In this document: one piece after another, positions 36,374 to 46,096 of the stretch
How positions within the stretch are numbered: position 1 is the stretch's first letter
Layout: each line of letters opens with the position of its first letter
Assembly: GCA_947586855.1 (NCBI GenBank)
Contig: CANPXV010000002.1
Location: 57,353-121,352 of the forward strand
From: an uncultured Clostridia bacterium
GTDB lineage: Bacteria; Bacillota; Clostridia; Christensenellales; CAG-314
DNA length: 64,000 nt
Direction of reading: 5' to 3'
The notes under the pieces: model-generated
The model's input: the letters and a program-made list of their open reading frames with translations, nothing else
What the model was told of the DNA's origin: nothing
Database searches by the model: none
Program-made: the position numbers and the translations under genes

Positions 36374-39300
36374 CTAAGATGCGGTTACAGCCTCATGAAA
36401 TTTGGGAGTGACTCGATAGTAAGGTTGCTTAGTTCTATTGATTCGGCGAAAATCCAGCAAATCTTGCGCCTTTAATGCTAACAATAGATTTTCAACACAC
36501 TCATTTTGAGGTATTTTTATATGGTCGTATGTCATATACAGTTGGTTCCATCCTTCTCCCAGCGATTTTATATAAGCAATGTATTTACCCTTCTCTTGCG
36601 GAATTTTAATGTTAGAAACACTCCATTGCAATAATAGCATCTTATCCTCGGCATCCATGACAACAGAAGTAAATTGCCATAATATATCTGTTGGAACACC
36701 TCGAACACGTTTAATAAAGAACATCCGATATGCTTCAGCATAATCCCCAATATCTATTATTGATGCACATTTTTCAATCAGCATTTCTTTGATACTATCA
36801 TTAGCATCAGATTTCATGACCTCTCCCAAAAGATTATTGATTTGATTTCTACGATTATTGTCATATTTTGTGAATTTTGCAGGCAAAGCGCAATCGAAAA
36901 ACGCATCAAAATCCGTCAATATCTGTTGGGTATTTTTCTTAATATACATCTCGCAACTATGCGGGATTAAAATTAACCGTTCTAAATCATCAGAGCAGTA
37001 AACAAATTGTCCCAACTCAATAGCTACCGCAAGATTTTTATCAAATATATCCGTACCCTGTTCCTGAACAATTTTCGCCATATTCAACTGACTTAATTTA
37101 TAACTAACATCAATCATGTTTAATAATGATCTTATACCCTTATTTGCCGATTGATAGAACTTCAAAATGTCCACATATAGCGCCAATGCCTTTTCTCCTG
37201 TTTGGTCAACAACACAAATAAATTCTCCACCAACTTCGTTATTAACAATGTAGTTTTCCACCCCTTTTTCACGGTATCCTATTACACTATGCGCAAAAAT
37301 GACATTCTCCCATTTGGGCACCACTTTTTTCTCTGCGAGTAATGTATAAAACAGACCTGTGTCATACTCTGCTATGTTTGTAATTTGAATTATGCACTTT
37401 TTAATGATTGCCTCACGATTTGCCAATTCAATATTTTCATTTTTGAGAAGTTCTTCAACATTCTCTTGCAATTCCTCTGTCAGCGTTATTCCCTTTTCTA
37501 GTAAAATAGTAGATACATAGTCATTTATATTCTGCATTATGTAATCCAAAACACATTGCTTTTTAGACTGCTTTATGAAGCTAAAGTTCCCCGAATAAAA
37601 TTTCTGCGATTCTTGTGTTCCGTCCTTTATACCATATATAATCGTCAAATTCTCCAATGTCAGTACATACCTATTATTCTCTATAATATATTGTTGAATC
37701 CTATTGTTTAAAGGCTCCTTACTGATGTTGTCAAAAATCAAATTTAACTCTCTAATAGCGTTAATCGCCTTATCCTCCCCCGCGAACAAAAAAATATTCA
37801 TATAGTTGACAGTCTTTACAAGGTAATTCGACAGTTGATGCTCACAGTCATGCGCTATGTAGTCACTCGAATATTTTATTACACAACCCACCAATAATTC
37901 TTTTTTCTTCTCCGGTAGCTTGTTAGATGAAATCAATGTACTGCAAAGCGTGCAACGTTTATCAATTATCTCTTTCAAAAGCTTCTCTACTTGCATTTCA
38001 TCCGCAAGAATTACATATTGTTCAATTGCATCAAAAACCCTAGAATCGGAGGAATTTTGCAAATATGTAATCAAAATATCGCTTTTTTGAGTATGTTCAC
38101 GTTTATCAATTTCCGCTATATCATCAATGCTATCCAGCATTGTTTTGTTTAGTATGGCAGGACGCTTAAAATCTTCCTCATCAAGTCGTGCAACCACGCT
38201 TTTAATATCATTTGGAGTATATGCAAAGTCTTGTTTCCCGATTTGAATATCTGCTGCAAATTGTGCATCTTGCGGAGTTATTAATTGCGACTTGTAATTT
38301 GAAGTATACTCTTTATAATGTTCATCAATAAAACCATTCAACACGAGAAACTTAAGATATCTTATCTGTTCATCCACTTGTTTCTCCAGATTAATTTTTT
38401 TATCATTACCATCATCGCATGATTTTAATTCCAAGCCATAGCTAGTCAAATATTGTTTTTGAAGATTATCATCAAAACAGTTTTCCATACCCAGTCGATC
38501 CACCAGTTCAGCAAACGAGTATCCTTCTATTTCCATTTTCTCTTTTTGTAGGTTGGCAATCGACCTTCTGACAACATCACCATTGTTTTTAATTTTTTCA
38601 ATTATTGTTTTTTCTCTATCGGCATAATGCTCACCACTGGGCGTGAGGAGTTCGCCCTCTCCATTTGAAATAGAAATATAATACCCTTTGTAGTAAGGAT
38701 GCTCTACTTTCTTATGGTTCAATCCGATAAACGAGAAATCTTTGTCCATAATGTCATCGCTTGTCACCTTGTCGCCAGCATAGGTCCCTCGCGACTGATG
38801 ACATGCCTGTCCTAAAAACATATATTTTAATTCTGAAATTGATTCTAAACATTCTTTATTTATCTTCTCCAATATTTTATTGGTTTCTTTTAGTTTTACA
38901 TCGAGATCCTCTAATAATTCCTGCTTCATTTTTTCCGTATCAACGACCATGGGTATAAGACCCAAACCTTGCTCAAGAAATGAATAGTCATAAGGGAACA
39001 GATTTTTATAAAGCGAAATGGCAAAGAGATTCTCATTACTCAATGAGCCCGCCTTCACATCGGAGTCTTCAAATATTTTACTGTACATAATGACATAATC
39101 ATTCAAAGTGTTATTAAGAATTCGCATATCCGGAATATATGCTGATACACCCTTTATAAACCTGTCTTGAAGTCCCATTTTATCATTTTTCTTTGTACAA
39201 TTGTCTATTTGTTTTCTCAGTTCTTCTGCGGTAGTTACAGGATTTATAATGGGAACAATAGGCAAAATAAAGTCGAAGAATTTTGCTCGTTCTTCCTCTG

Positions 39301-40210
39301 TTGTGAACAAATCGTCTTTTACAGCATATAAGAATGTTACTTTTCCTTTCTTTTTTCTGGTATTATTTATTATTGTATTAAGTTCTCTTAATTTGGCAAA
39401 TATATCCGTTGTAGACAATCTGTCCAAATCCTCAAATATAACGAGATCTACGTTGGTACAATCAAAGAAATACAATACCTCATCAATAAATTTATTAATA
39501 AGGCTAATGGCGTTTTCGTCTGTCTGATTAATATTTAATTCGAAATCCTTGTATTTGATCTTGACAAATTTTCTATAATGAATCCAGTAAATTAACATTG
39601 AAAAGAATAGCAAAGTGGCTGTGACGATATAAACAAACTTCACCCACTCAATATTCCAATATACATCAACATTGCTAACTGCCAAAATGGACATTGCCAC
39701 CATGGCAAAAAATAAAAAATACCAAAACGCCTTCAACACAGACTGCCACATTGGAATTTTGTTAGTTCTTTTTATATCAGAATTTGGGAGATCGTTTTTA
39801 GTGCGACTATATAAAAGTTGTTGCAATATACTTCTCTCTATGGATGTTTCATCATAAGCCGCACCATTGAAGGTTGATAATGTTATACGTGTATATTTAT
39901 TTTTTCTAGGGGCTCCCAACGACAAACCTTTTTTTATTTCTTTTGTTTGCCTTCGATAATTATGAAGGTACGTGTTTAAAACGCTGCTCTTGCCCGCACC
40001 ATATTTGGCGACAACCGCAACATTATAAACATTTGGACTATCAATTTGTTCTTTAAGAATTTTTGCCTCGATATTATAATCCGGAAAAAATTTTGGTGAA
40101 TTGTCTTTCAATAACTCCAAATATGCGAAATCATCTTCATTGTTTTTATTGAATGTGTTGACATCGCCATGTTTTTCAATACTCACACAATCACTTCGAA
40201 ATTTACGCAT
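36374..40210 (-). CDS. YobI/KAP-like P-loop NTPase with two TM helices and a long helical C-terminus
   Basis: NVAVVAKYGAGKSS, VIFEDLDR, KLRELN, YAVKDDLF..R.KFFDFILPIVP motifs; 1278 aa. Confidence 0.8.
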   Translation of the reverse strand: MRKFRSDCVSIEKHGDVNTFNKNNEDDFAYLELLKDNSPKFFPDYNIEAKILKEQIDSPNVYNVAVVAKYGAGKSSVLNTYLHNYRRQTKEIKKGLSLGAPRKNKYTRITLSTFNGAAYDETSIERSILQQLLYSRTKNDLPNSDIKRTNKIPMWQSVLKAFWYFLFFAMVAMSILAVSNVDVYWNIEWVKFVYIVTATLLFFSMLIYWIHYRKFVKIKYKDFELNINQTDENAISLINKFIDEVLYFFDCTNVDLVIFEDLDRLSTTDIFAKLRELNTIINNTRKKKGKVTFLYAVKDDLFTTEEERAKFFDFILPIVPIINPVTTAEELRKQIDNCTKKNDKMGLQDRFIKGVSAYIPDMRILNNTLNDYVIMYSKIFEDSDVKAGSLSNENLFAISLYKNLFPYDYSFLEQGLGLIPMVVDTEKMKQELLEDLDVKLKETNKILEKINKECLESISELKYMFLGQACHQSRGTYAGDKVTSDDIMDKDFSFIGLNHKKVEHPYYKGYYISISNGEGELLTPSGEHYADREKTIIEKIKNNGDVVRRSIANLQKEKMEIEGYSFAELVDRLGMENCFDDNLQKQYLTSYGLELKSCDDGNDKKINLEKQVDEQIRYLKFLVLNGFIDEHYKEYTSNYKSQLITPQDAQFAADIQIGKQDFAYTPNDIKSVVARLDEEDFKRPAILNKTMLDSIDDIAEIDKREHTQKSDILITYLQNSSDSRVFDAIEQYVILADEMQVEKLLKEIIDKRCTLCSTLISSNKLPEKKKELLVGCVIKYSSDYIAHDCEHQLSNYLVKTVNYMNIFLFAGEDKAINAIRELNLIFDNISKEPLNNRIQQYIIENNRYVLTLENLTIIYGIKDGTQESQKFYSGNFSFIKQSKKQCVLDYIMQNINDYVSTILLEKGITLTEELQENVEELLKNENIELANREAIIKKCIIQITNIAEYDTGLFYTLLAEKKVVPKWENVIFAHSVIGYREKGVENYIVNNEVGGEFICVVDQTGEKALALYVDILKFYQSANKGIRSLLNMIDVSYKLSQLNMAKIVQEQGTDIFDKNLAVAIELGQFVYCSDDLERLILIPHSCEMYIKKNTQQILTDFDAFFDCALPAKFTKYDNNRRNQINNLLGEVMKSDANDSIKEMLIEKCASIIDIGDYAEAYRMFFIKRVRGVPTDILWQFTSVVMDAEDKMLLLQWSVSNIKIPQEKGKYIAYIKSLGEGWNQLYMTYDHIKIPQNECVENLLLALKAQDLLDFRRINRTKQPYYRVTPKFHEAVTAS

Positions 40211-40245
40211 TTATAAAAATTCTCCTTATCTGTAAACTGACCGAT

Positions 40246-41682
40246 TTATCTTTCCTTTTGCCTTTCAACAAAACCAAGCATATATAAAAATGCAGGAGCG
40301 GGGATGCGATATATCTTTTTATCTCCATAGGCGCACTCTCCAAAATCTGTCGCCCTCTTAGTAATGACGAGATTAGGCTGCTGTACATTTGATAATGCAA
40401 CTATAGCATCGTTATTTGCTATTTTTGCTTGATCTCTGTACTTAACCTCTATCATTATTGGCAAAAAACGGTTGGATTTCACAACAATATCTATCTCATT
40501 TTGTTTACTTCCACCACGATAATATCCGATTTGTGCCGCTGTTTCATAATAGAAGGACTTAATGTGTTTATATACTGCCGTTTCCGCAATAATACCAAGC
40601 TCTTCTGCATTATTGGTTATGTCGTCCAACATCAGCACCGCATTCCGCATTGCGGCATCTGCAATATAAATTTTATTTTGTGACTTAAGTACCTGTTTTG
40701 CTCCTATATCTATCGGTTGACTTATATATATAAGGTTAGCACTTTCTAAGTACTCTATATATTTTTCTATCGTTATGCGGCTGACACCATCCAATTCTTT
40801 GGACACTGTTTGCACGTTGATAATGTTGGAAGATGTGTAGCAAAGATACAAAAACAACTTTTCTATATCCGTCACATTACGAACGCCATAAATTGCCGGC
40901 AAGTCGCGTTTGAGAGCTTTATCCACAATATCCTCACGCAATACACGTTGTGCGTAAATGTCATTTTTACTCAATGCAAGTTCCGGAAAACCTCCAACTT
41001 GTAGATAGCGTATAAACTCAACTTGCAGACTGGCAAGTTTATTAAAAATATCAGTTTGTTCCCAAGTGGGTCGTTTGTATACTTGTGTAGGCTTAAGATC
41101 TGTAGGTAAATCGGTGACTTTAATATTCAAAAGCTCACAATATTCAAAAAAAGACAATGTCGGCACATGTATAATCTTCCACCTGCCCAGACCGCTTTCG
41201 GTATTTTTTTCTTTCAAAACCGGACTGGCAGAACCTGTCGCCATTATTTTTATATGTGGCTTAGTATCATATAGTATTTTGAGCCAACTGTTCCAATCCT
41301 GAGCATATTGAATTTCGTCAAAGAAACAGAAGCATGTTTCATCTCCGCTAATATTGCTGCTATATACTTCCATTACCTTGTCAATCGTGCACAGCTTAAA
41401 AAGCGGATGATCAAACGAAACAAACATAATGTTTCTCGGAGCCACGCCCTTTTGGATTAACTCGCTGATTGCCTGATACATTATTGTAGTCTTACCTGTT
41501 CGTCTTGCCCCGCACAGAATCACAGAACGGCGTATATCTTCATTCAAAACCGTTTGCATCGCCTCGTAGAAAGCGAACCGCTTAATTGGTTTGTCAAATT
41601 CTTGCTGTACTCCACCCGTTTGCCACCACGGATTATACGAAAAAAGCAACCTTAAGATGTTTTCGGAATCAGTAATTTTCAT
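40246..41682 (-). CDS. AAA_14 plus DUF4143-type ATP-binding protein
   Basis: GARRTGKTT, FFDEIQ, TGSAS, YLQVGGFPE, K.YIAD, EIDIV..IEVK. Confidence 0.85.
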   Translation of the reverse strand: MKITDSENILRLLFSYNPWWQTGGVQQEFDKPIKRFAFYEAMQTVLNEDIRRSVILCGARRTGKTTIMYQAISELIQKGVAPRNIMFVSFDHPLFKLCTIDKVMEVYSSNISGDETCFCFFDEIQYAQDWNSWLKILYDTKPHIKIMATGSASPVLKEKNTESGLGRWKIIHVPTLSFFEYCELLNIKVTDLPTDLKPTQVYKRPTWEQTDIFNKLASLQVEFIRYLQVGGFPELALSKNDIYAQRVLREDIVDKALKRDLPAIYGVRNVTDIEKLFLYLCYTSSNIINVQTVSKELDGVSRITIEKYIEYLESANLIYISQPIDIGAKQVLKSQNKIYIADAAMRNAVLMLDDITNNAEELGIIAETAVYKHIKSFYYETAAQIGYYRGGSKQNEIDIVVKSNRFLPIMIEVKYRDQAKIANNDAIVALSNVQQPNLVITKRATDFGECAYGDKKIYRIPAPAFLYMLGFVERQKER

Positions 41683-41700
41683 ATTTTCCTCCTTGAGATA

Positions 41701-41729
41701 ATTATATCCAACGCAAGCAGCTTTGTCAA
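41701..41729 (-). promoter_or_regulatory. consensus promoter of the two-ATPase operon
   Basis: TTGACA-17 nt-TATAAT followed by an AAGGAGG RBS. Confidence 0.8.
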
Positions 41730-41884
41730 CAGTAATTTACATTTTTTTTGAAATTATTAATAGTATAATATCAATAATTTGCAATTTTATGTAAACCAGC
41801 CCCGTTGCTGTGACAATGATGTTTGCGTTGGCTTTTATTTATATTTAGTAATAGTTCTATATCTTGCCTATATTTCGTCTTACG

Positions 41885-42293
41885 GTTTCAGCTCATGTTT
41901 GCAGTTGCTTTGTATACAGGTTTAAGACCAAACGAGTACAAAAGCGTCAGAATTGACGGAGATATGCTTATTGCCGTCAACAGCAAACGTAAAGGTGGAG
42001 AAGTTGCATACAAACGTATTCCCGTGAACGCAATGTTAAAACCGTATTTGGAGGGGATAACGACCGTAAAATGGGTAAAATTGGACACAATTCGAGAAAA
42101 ATTCAACGCTGTACTGCCAAACCACAAATTATATGATTTGAGAACAACTTTCTACACTCACTGCGTAACTTGCGGAGTTGCGGAAAGCGCAAGGGATGAA
42201 ATGGTCGGACACTCCGGCGGCAAGTTGAAAGACACCTATACCGACCTTCCTGACGACTACTTGAAACAGGAAGCCGCCAAGTTGATTTGGTAG
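41885..42293 (+). pseudogene. tyrosine integrase, catalytic C-terminal fragment only
   Basis: YTGLRPNE, DLRTTF, VGH, DTY; N-terminal domains absent. Confidence 0.8.
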
Positions 42294-42298
42294 GTTTG

Positions 42299-42319
42299 TA
42301 CCCCCAATTGTACCCCCAA
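42299..42319 (+). repeat. arm-type sites TACCCCCAA x2
   Basis: directly after the integrase stop. Confidence 0.65.
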
Positions 42320-42380
42320 AATTGAGTTTAGAATATGTGCGAGTGGCGCGCTCTCCCTAAAAATCGTCCAAAAAAGCACG

Positions 42381-42416
42381 AAAAAAGAGGTATTTTGGTT
42401 AGAAATACCTCTTTTT
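42381..42416 (-). terminator. terminator after tRNA-Val (supplied by the island)
   Basis: AAAAAGAGGTATT/AATACCTCTTTTT inverted repeat. Confidence 0.75.
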
Positions 42417-42417
42417 G

Positions 42418-42493
42418 TGGTGGGGAGTACAGGGCTCGAACCTGTGACCCCCTGCTTGTAAGGCAGATGCTCTCCCAACTGAGCTAACTCCCC
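42418..42493 (-). tRNA. tRNA-Val(TAC)
   Basis: GGGGAGTTAGCTCAG..anticodon loop TTACAAG..GTTCGAGC..ACCA. Confidence 0.95.
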
Positions 42494-42495
42494 TT

Positions 42496-42570
42496 TGGTG
42501 ACTCCTACGAGAATCGAACTCGTGTTACCGCCGTGAAAGGGCGATGTCTTGACCGCTTGACCAAGGAGCC
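42496..42570 (-). tRNA. tRNA-Glu(TTC)
   Basis: GGCTCCTTGGTCAAGCGG..loop CTTTCAC..GTTCGATT..ACCA. Confidence 0.95.
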
Positions 42571-42574
42571 ATTG

Positions 42575-42651
42575 TGGTAGCGGCGGTCGGATTCGAACCA
42601 ACGACCTGCCGGGTATGAACCGGCCGCTATAACCAACTAAGCTACGCCGCC
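42575..42651 (-). tRNA. tRNA-Met(CAT), elongator-type
   Basis: GGCGGCGTAGCTTAG..GCCGG-TTCATAC-CCGGC..GTTCGAATC..ACCA. Confidence 0.93.
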
Positions 42652-42684
42652 ATTGCTTGTTGCGCCACTGTCAAAAGCTTATTT

Positions 42685-42713
42685 ATTGTATCAAAAAATG
42701 TGCGCCTTGTCAA
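42685..42713 (-). promoter_or_regulatory. tRNA operon promoter
   Basis: TTGACA-17 nt-TACAAT with TG extension. Confidence 0.8.
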
Positions 42714-43011
42714 CAGAATTTGTGTTGTTTTGCTGCAATTGTGCTCTTTTGTGCGCTTTTGTTGATATTTGCGGGGATGGGCGTCTTGACCGAAATTTGT
42801 TTTGCGTGATTATTTTTGCAATCGGGCGGGCGAGTTGTTGAAATGTGAGGCGAAATGGAGCGAGGTAAATGTTGCACCTCGATGGCGTTTTGTGACGAGG
42901 TTGGCGGACGGGGATTTATCGGCGAGAACAAAAGGGACTAACAGCGTGACGATGTCGCAAAATCGGCAAATTGGGGCGCATCTTAAAAAAATCGCCACCC
43001 CATGTGCGCAA

Positions 43012-43049
43012 AACAAGCTCCCGAGGCAAAGTGCCGAGGGAGCTTGTTG
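43012..43049 (-). terminator. terminator of the starch locus
   Basis: AACAAGCTCCC..GGGAGCTTGTT inverted repeat. Confidence 0.65.
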
Positions 43050-43088
43050 CGTCAATATTTGATGTCGGAAGCTGTGCCGACGCAGTCG

Positions 43089-46034
43089 TCAGATACGGAC
43101 GATCTTTGTCTCGTAGGGTTGCAGGGTGCTGCTGTTGTTGCCCGTGGTGCTGAGATACACCGAGGAACCGCTCAGTGTGCCGCTGCCGCTGGGGCCCGCA
43201 TGCGCCACCACCCAATGTGCACCGTTTGTAGCGTAGATGTCTATGTAGTACACACCTTTATCAAAACCGACCTTGTATTTGGCGGTGTTGAGAATGTTGC
43301 TCTTGGAGTTCAGCCCAAAGTCGTCCACAAACATCTTTTTGAAGGCTATCAACTTTTGATAGTTGGCAAACATGTCGGCGTTGGTGATTTTTAGGCTGTA
43401 ATCCAGCGCATTTACCTCGTAGGGGGCGTTGTAGGAGTTGTGGATCTGCTCGCCCGTGGCGCCCAGCTCGTACTTGCTGCGCAGCATCTCCTCGCCGGCC
43501 AGCAAAAAGCTGATACCGTTGCTGGTAAGCACCATAGAGTTGGTGAGCATGGCGCACTTTTTGCGGTTGTTGAGAGAAGTGTTGGTGACGACGCTTGCAT
43601 CCAGCTTGAATCTATCGGCCAAAGTGTAGCCGTCGTGGCAGGTGGCATAGTTTACGGTCTTGTAGGGGTCGTCAGTGATTTCCGTAGTTATACCCCTGAG
43701 GCCGTCCTCAATACGCTTACTGTCGTAGCCCTTGCCCGCTGCAAAGTAGGCAATCTGGTCGCGCATGCGGTCGTTGAACTGTCCCAAGCCTGCGGCAAAG
43801 CTGTTGGCGTTGGATTGTCCCGCAAGCTTCTTGGTGGAGGCAGTGTTGTGGCTGTTGCTATCCCAAGCCTCGCCAAAGATGATCATGTTGGGGTTGATAC
43901 GGCGCACAGCCTCGGTCAGCATGTTCATCGTTTCTACGTCGTGCAGGCCCATGATGTCGAAGCGGAAGCCGCCCAGCTTGTAGGTTTCGGCCAGGAAGCA
44001 CACCGAGTCGATCATAAACTTGCGCATCATAGGGCGTTCGCTCATGGTGTCGTTGCCGCAGCCCGACCCGCTGGAACGGGTGCCGTCGGCATTGTGACGG
44101 AAGTAGTAGCCGGGGACAAGTGCGTCGAAGTTGGACGAGCCTGCATCGTTGACGTGATTGTACACCACGTCCATAATGATGTTGATGCCCTTGCTGTTGA
44201 AGGCCTGCACCAGCTGACGGAACTCTCTGATGCGGACGTAGCCGTCGTTGGGATTGGAGGAATAGCTGCCCTCCAACACATTGTAGTTGAGGGGGTTGTA
44301 GCCCCAGTTGAATGCACGGTATTGCGCCTCTTCCTCGTTGAATTGGTCAAACACGGGTATTAGCTGCACGGCGTTGACGCCCAACTCCACAATGTGGTCG
44401 AAGCCCGTCTTGACCGTGGTGCCGCCCTTGGAATAGGTTGTACCTGTCTGTATCATGCCCAAAAACGTCTTGGCAAGTTTGGGGTCGCCTCCCCAAGTGG
44501 GCGAAGATGTGACGTCGGCAACGTGCGTCTCCCAAACGACAAGCTCGTTGGCATCGTAGGGCAGCGGCTTGACGGTATCCCAATTGTCGGGAGTGGCCAA
44601 ACCGGAGTTGAAGTTGACGATCATGCCCCTGACGCCGTTGAGGCCTGCGCTCTTGGCATAGGGGTCGCAAACCTCCATGCCGCCGGGGTGGCCAAAGTTG
44701 TAGACGGTGTAGGTGTAGTACTTGCCCGCCAGACGGGTGTTGGCTGTGTACTCCCACACACCGTAGTCGCCAAGCGTCATTTCGTGGGTCTCGTAGGGAT
44801 CGCCGCCGTCGCCCTCGTTGTAGAGGTTGAGCACCATCTTGCTGGAAACGGGCGACCACACCTTGAAGGTGGTAGAGTTGGGGCCGAGCACTGCGCCGAG
44901 GTCATCGCCCTCGTAGTAGTAGGTTTCGGCAAAGTCCGCCAGGCCGTAGAAGCAGCTGATATCCACGCCGCCGTCAACAGATTTGTTGTCCTTGACAAAT
45001 TGCGCCTTAACGTTGTATCTGTGGCTGATTTCGGCGTCGTTTTCCATCACATAGCCTATTTTGCCCGCATTGCCGTTGGTGGCCGTCCACGAACCCAACA
45101 ATGTGTCACCGTCGTAGATTTCCACTTTGGATACAGGTGTGGCAAAGTCTATCGTGATGTTGTTTTTGTCGGTGAAACGAGCGCTGAGGCCGAAGTTGAG
45201 GGACTCGGCATTGGAGGCGGCGGCCGTCTTGTAGATGTTGCTGTCGCCCTCTACAAAGTACATGTGGTAGCAGCCATCGGACTGCTCGTATACGCCGGGC
45301 ACAAAGCTACGGTCGGCGCTGGCGGTATCCTTTTTGTACCAGCTGTCGCCGGAGTTTTTGTTGTCGTTGATGGGAATAAGGCCAATCTTGCCGTCCTTTT
45401 TGCCGCCCACTTTGCTGAGGGGCACCACCGCTACGCCGCCGAACTCATCCTGATATTGCAGCGGGAAACGTTCGCCGTCGGTGCCTGCGGCCCACAGCCA
45501 AAAGCCCCAATGCGGATAATCATTGGACGTTATGCGGCGATAGTGCATAACAATGCTGTCCGCAGGATAGGAAGCGGGTGCGGCCGACATGGTCATGCCG
45601 TCCTGTACTGAGCCCGTGGCCGTGTAGACTGTCCAGTTGCCGCTCTTGGAGTAGACTTGCTGTTTGCAGACAGAGCAGACGCCATCGTTGTTGAGATTGT
45701 GCGCAGCAAGGTCCTTCTTTTCTTCGGTGTGCGAGCAGGTGGCAGGGTGCCAATGGTTGGTGCTGTCAAATGCCCACTTATCCATATCGAAGGTGTGCTC
45801 GTGGTCGGCTGCGTCGTCGGGATCGTCCGATGTGGGAGTGTGGTTGCCGTGGCACTTTCTGCGGCAGGCGTCCTCCTGACAATCCAGATTGGTGCACAAC
45901 AGACATATCGGGCACTCGCTTTCGCAAACGTGCTGTTCGTCCGAAGGGTCATCACCCTGTTGGCAGGCGGTAAGCACCAGACTCAATGTCATCACTATGC
46001 ACAAAAGTACAGTTATGAAACGTTTAGCTTTCAT
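43089..46034 (-). CDS. pulA: type I pullulanase (GH13), lipoprotein, with PUD/CBM41-like domain
   Basis: lipobox LTAC; FNWGYNP, DVVYNH, GFRFDIMG, GEAW, YATCHD. Confidence 0.9.
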   Translation of the reverse strand: MKAKRFITVLLCIVMTLSLVLTACQQGDDPSDEQHVCESECPICLLCTNLDCQEDACRRKCHGNHTPTSDDPDDAADHEHTFDMDKWAFDSTNHWHPATCSHTEEKKDLAAHNLNNDGVCSVCKQQVYSKSGNWTVYTATGSVQDGMTMSAAPASYPADSIVMHYRRITSNDYPHWGFWLWAAGTDGERFPLQYQDEFGGVAVVPLSKVGGKKDGKIGLIPINDNKNSGDSWYKKDTASADRSFVPGVYEQSDGCYHMYFVEGDSNIYKTAAASNAESLNFGLSARFTDKNNITIDFATPVSKVEIYDGDTLLGSWTATNGNAGKIGYVMENDAEISHRYNVKAQFVKDNKSVDGGVDISCFYGLADFAETYYYEGDDLGAVLGPNSTTFKVWSPVSSKMVLNLYNEGDGGDPYETHEMTLGDYGVWEYTANTRLAGKYYTYTVYNFGHPGGMEVCDPYAKSAGLNGVRGMIVNFNSGLATPDNWDTVKPLPYDANELVVWETHVADVTSSPTWGGDPKLAKTFLGMIQTGTTYSKGGTTVKTGFDHIVELGVNAVQLIPVFDQFNEEEAQYRAFNWGYNPLNYNVLEGSYSSNPNDGYVRIREFRQLVQAFNSKGINIIMDVVYNHVNDAGSSNFDALVPGYYFRHNADGTRSSGSGCGNDTMSERPMMRKFMIDSVCFLAETYKLGGFRFDIMGLHDVETMNMLTEAVRRINPNMIIFGEAWDSNSHNTASTKKLAGQSNANSFAAGLGQFNDRMRDQIAYFAAGKGYDSKRIEDGLRGITTEITDDPYKTVNYATCHDGYTLADRFKLDASVVTNTSLNNRKKCAMLTNSMVLTSNGISFLLAGEEMLRSKYELGATGEQIHNSYNAPYEVNALDYSLKITNADMFANYQKLIAFKKMFVDDFGLNSKSNILNTAKYKVGFDKGVYYIDIYATNGAHWVVAHAGPSGSGTLSGSSVYLSTTGNNSSTLQPYETKIVRI

Positions 46035-46096
46035 TTTTGTTTCCTCTTGTTAGTCTCGGCGAAGTTTGCCGCCGAGCATAGATTGCAGAAAATTTT

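Larger units (their letters stand above)
36215..42417. mobile_element. low-GC integrated island at tRNA-Val (~6.2 kb), integrase degenerate
   Basis: 26-bp att repeats, TACCCCCAA doublets at both ends, integrase fragment, sharp drop in GC. Confidence 0.85.
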
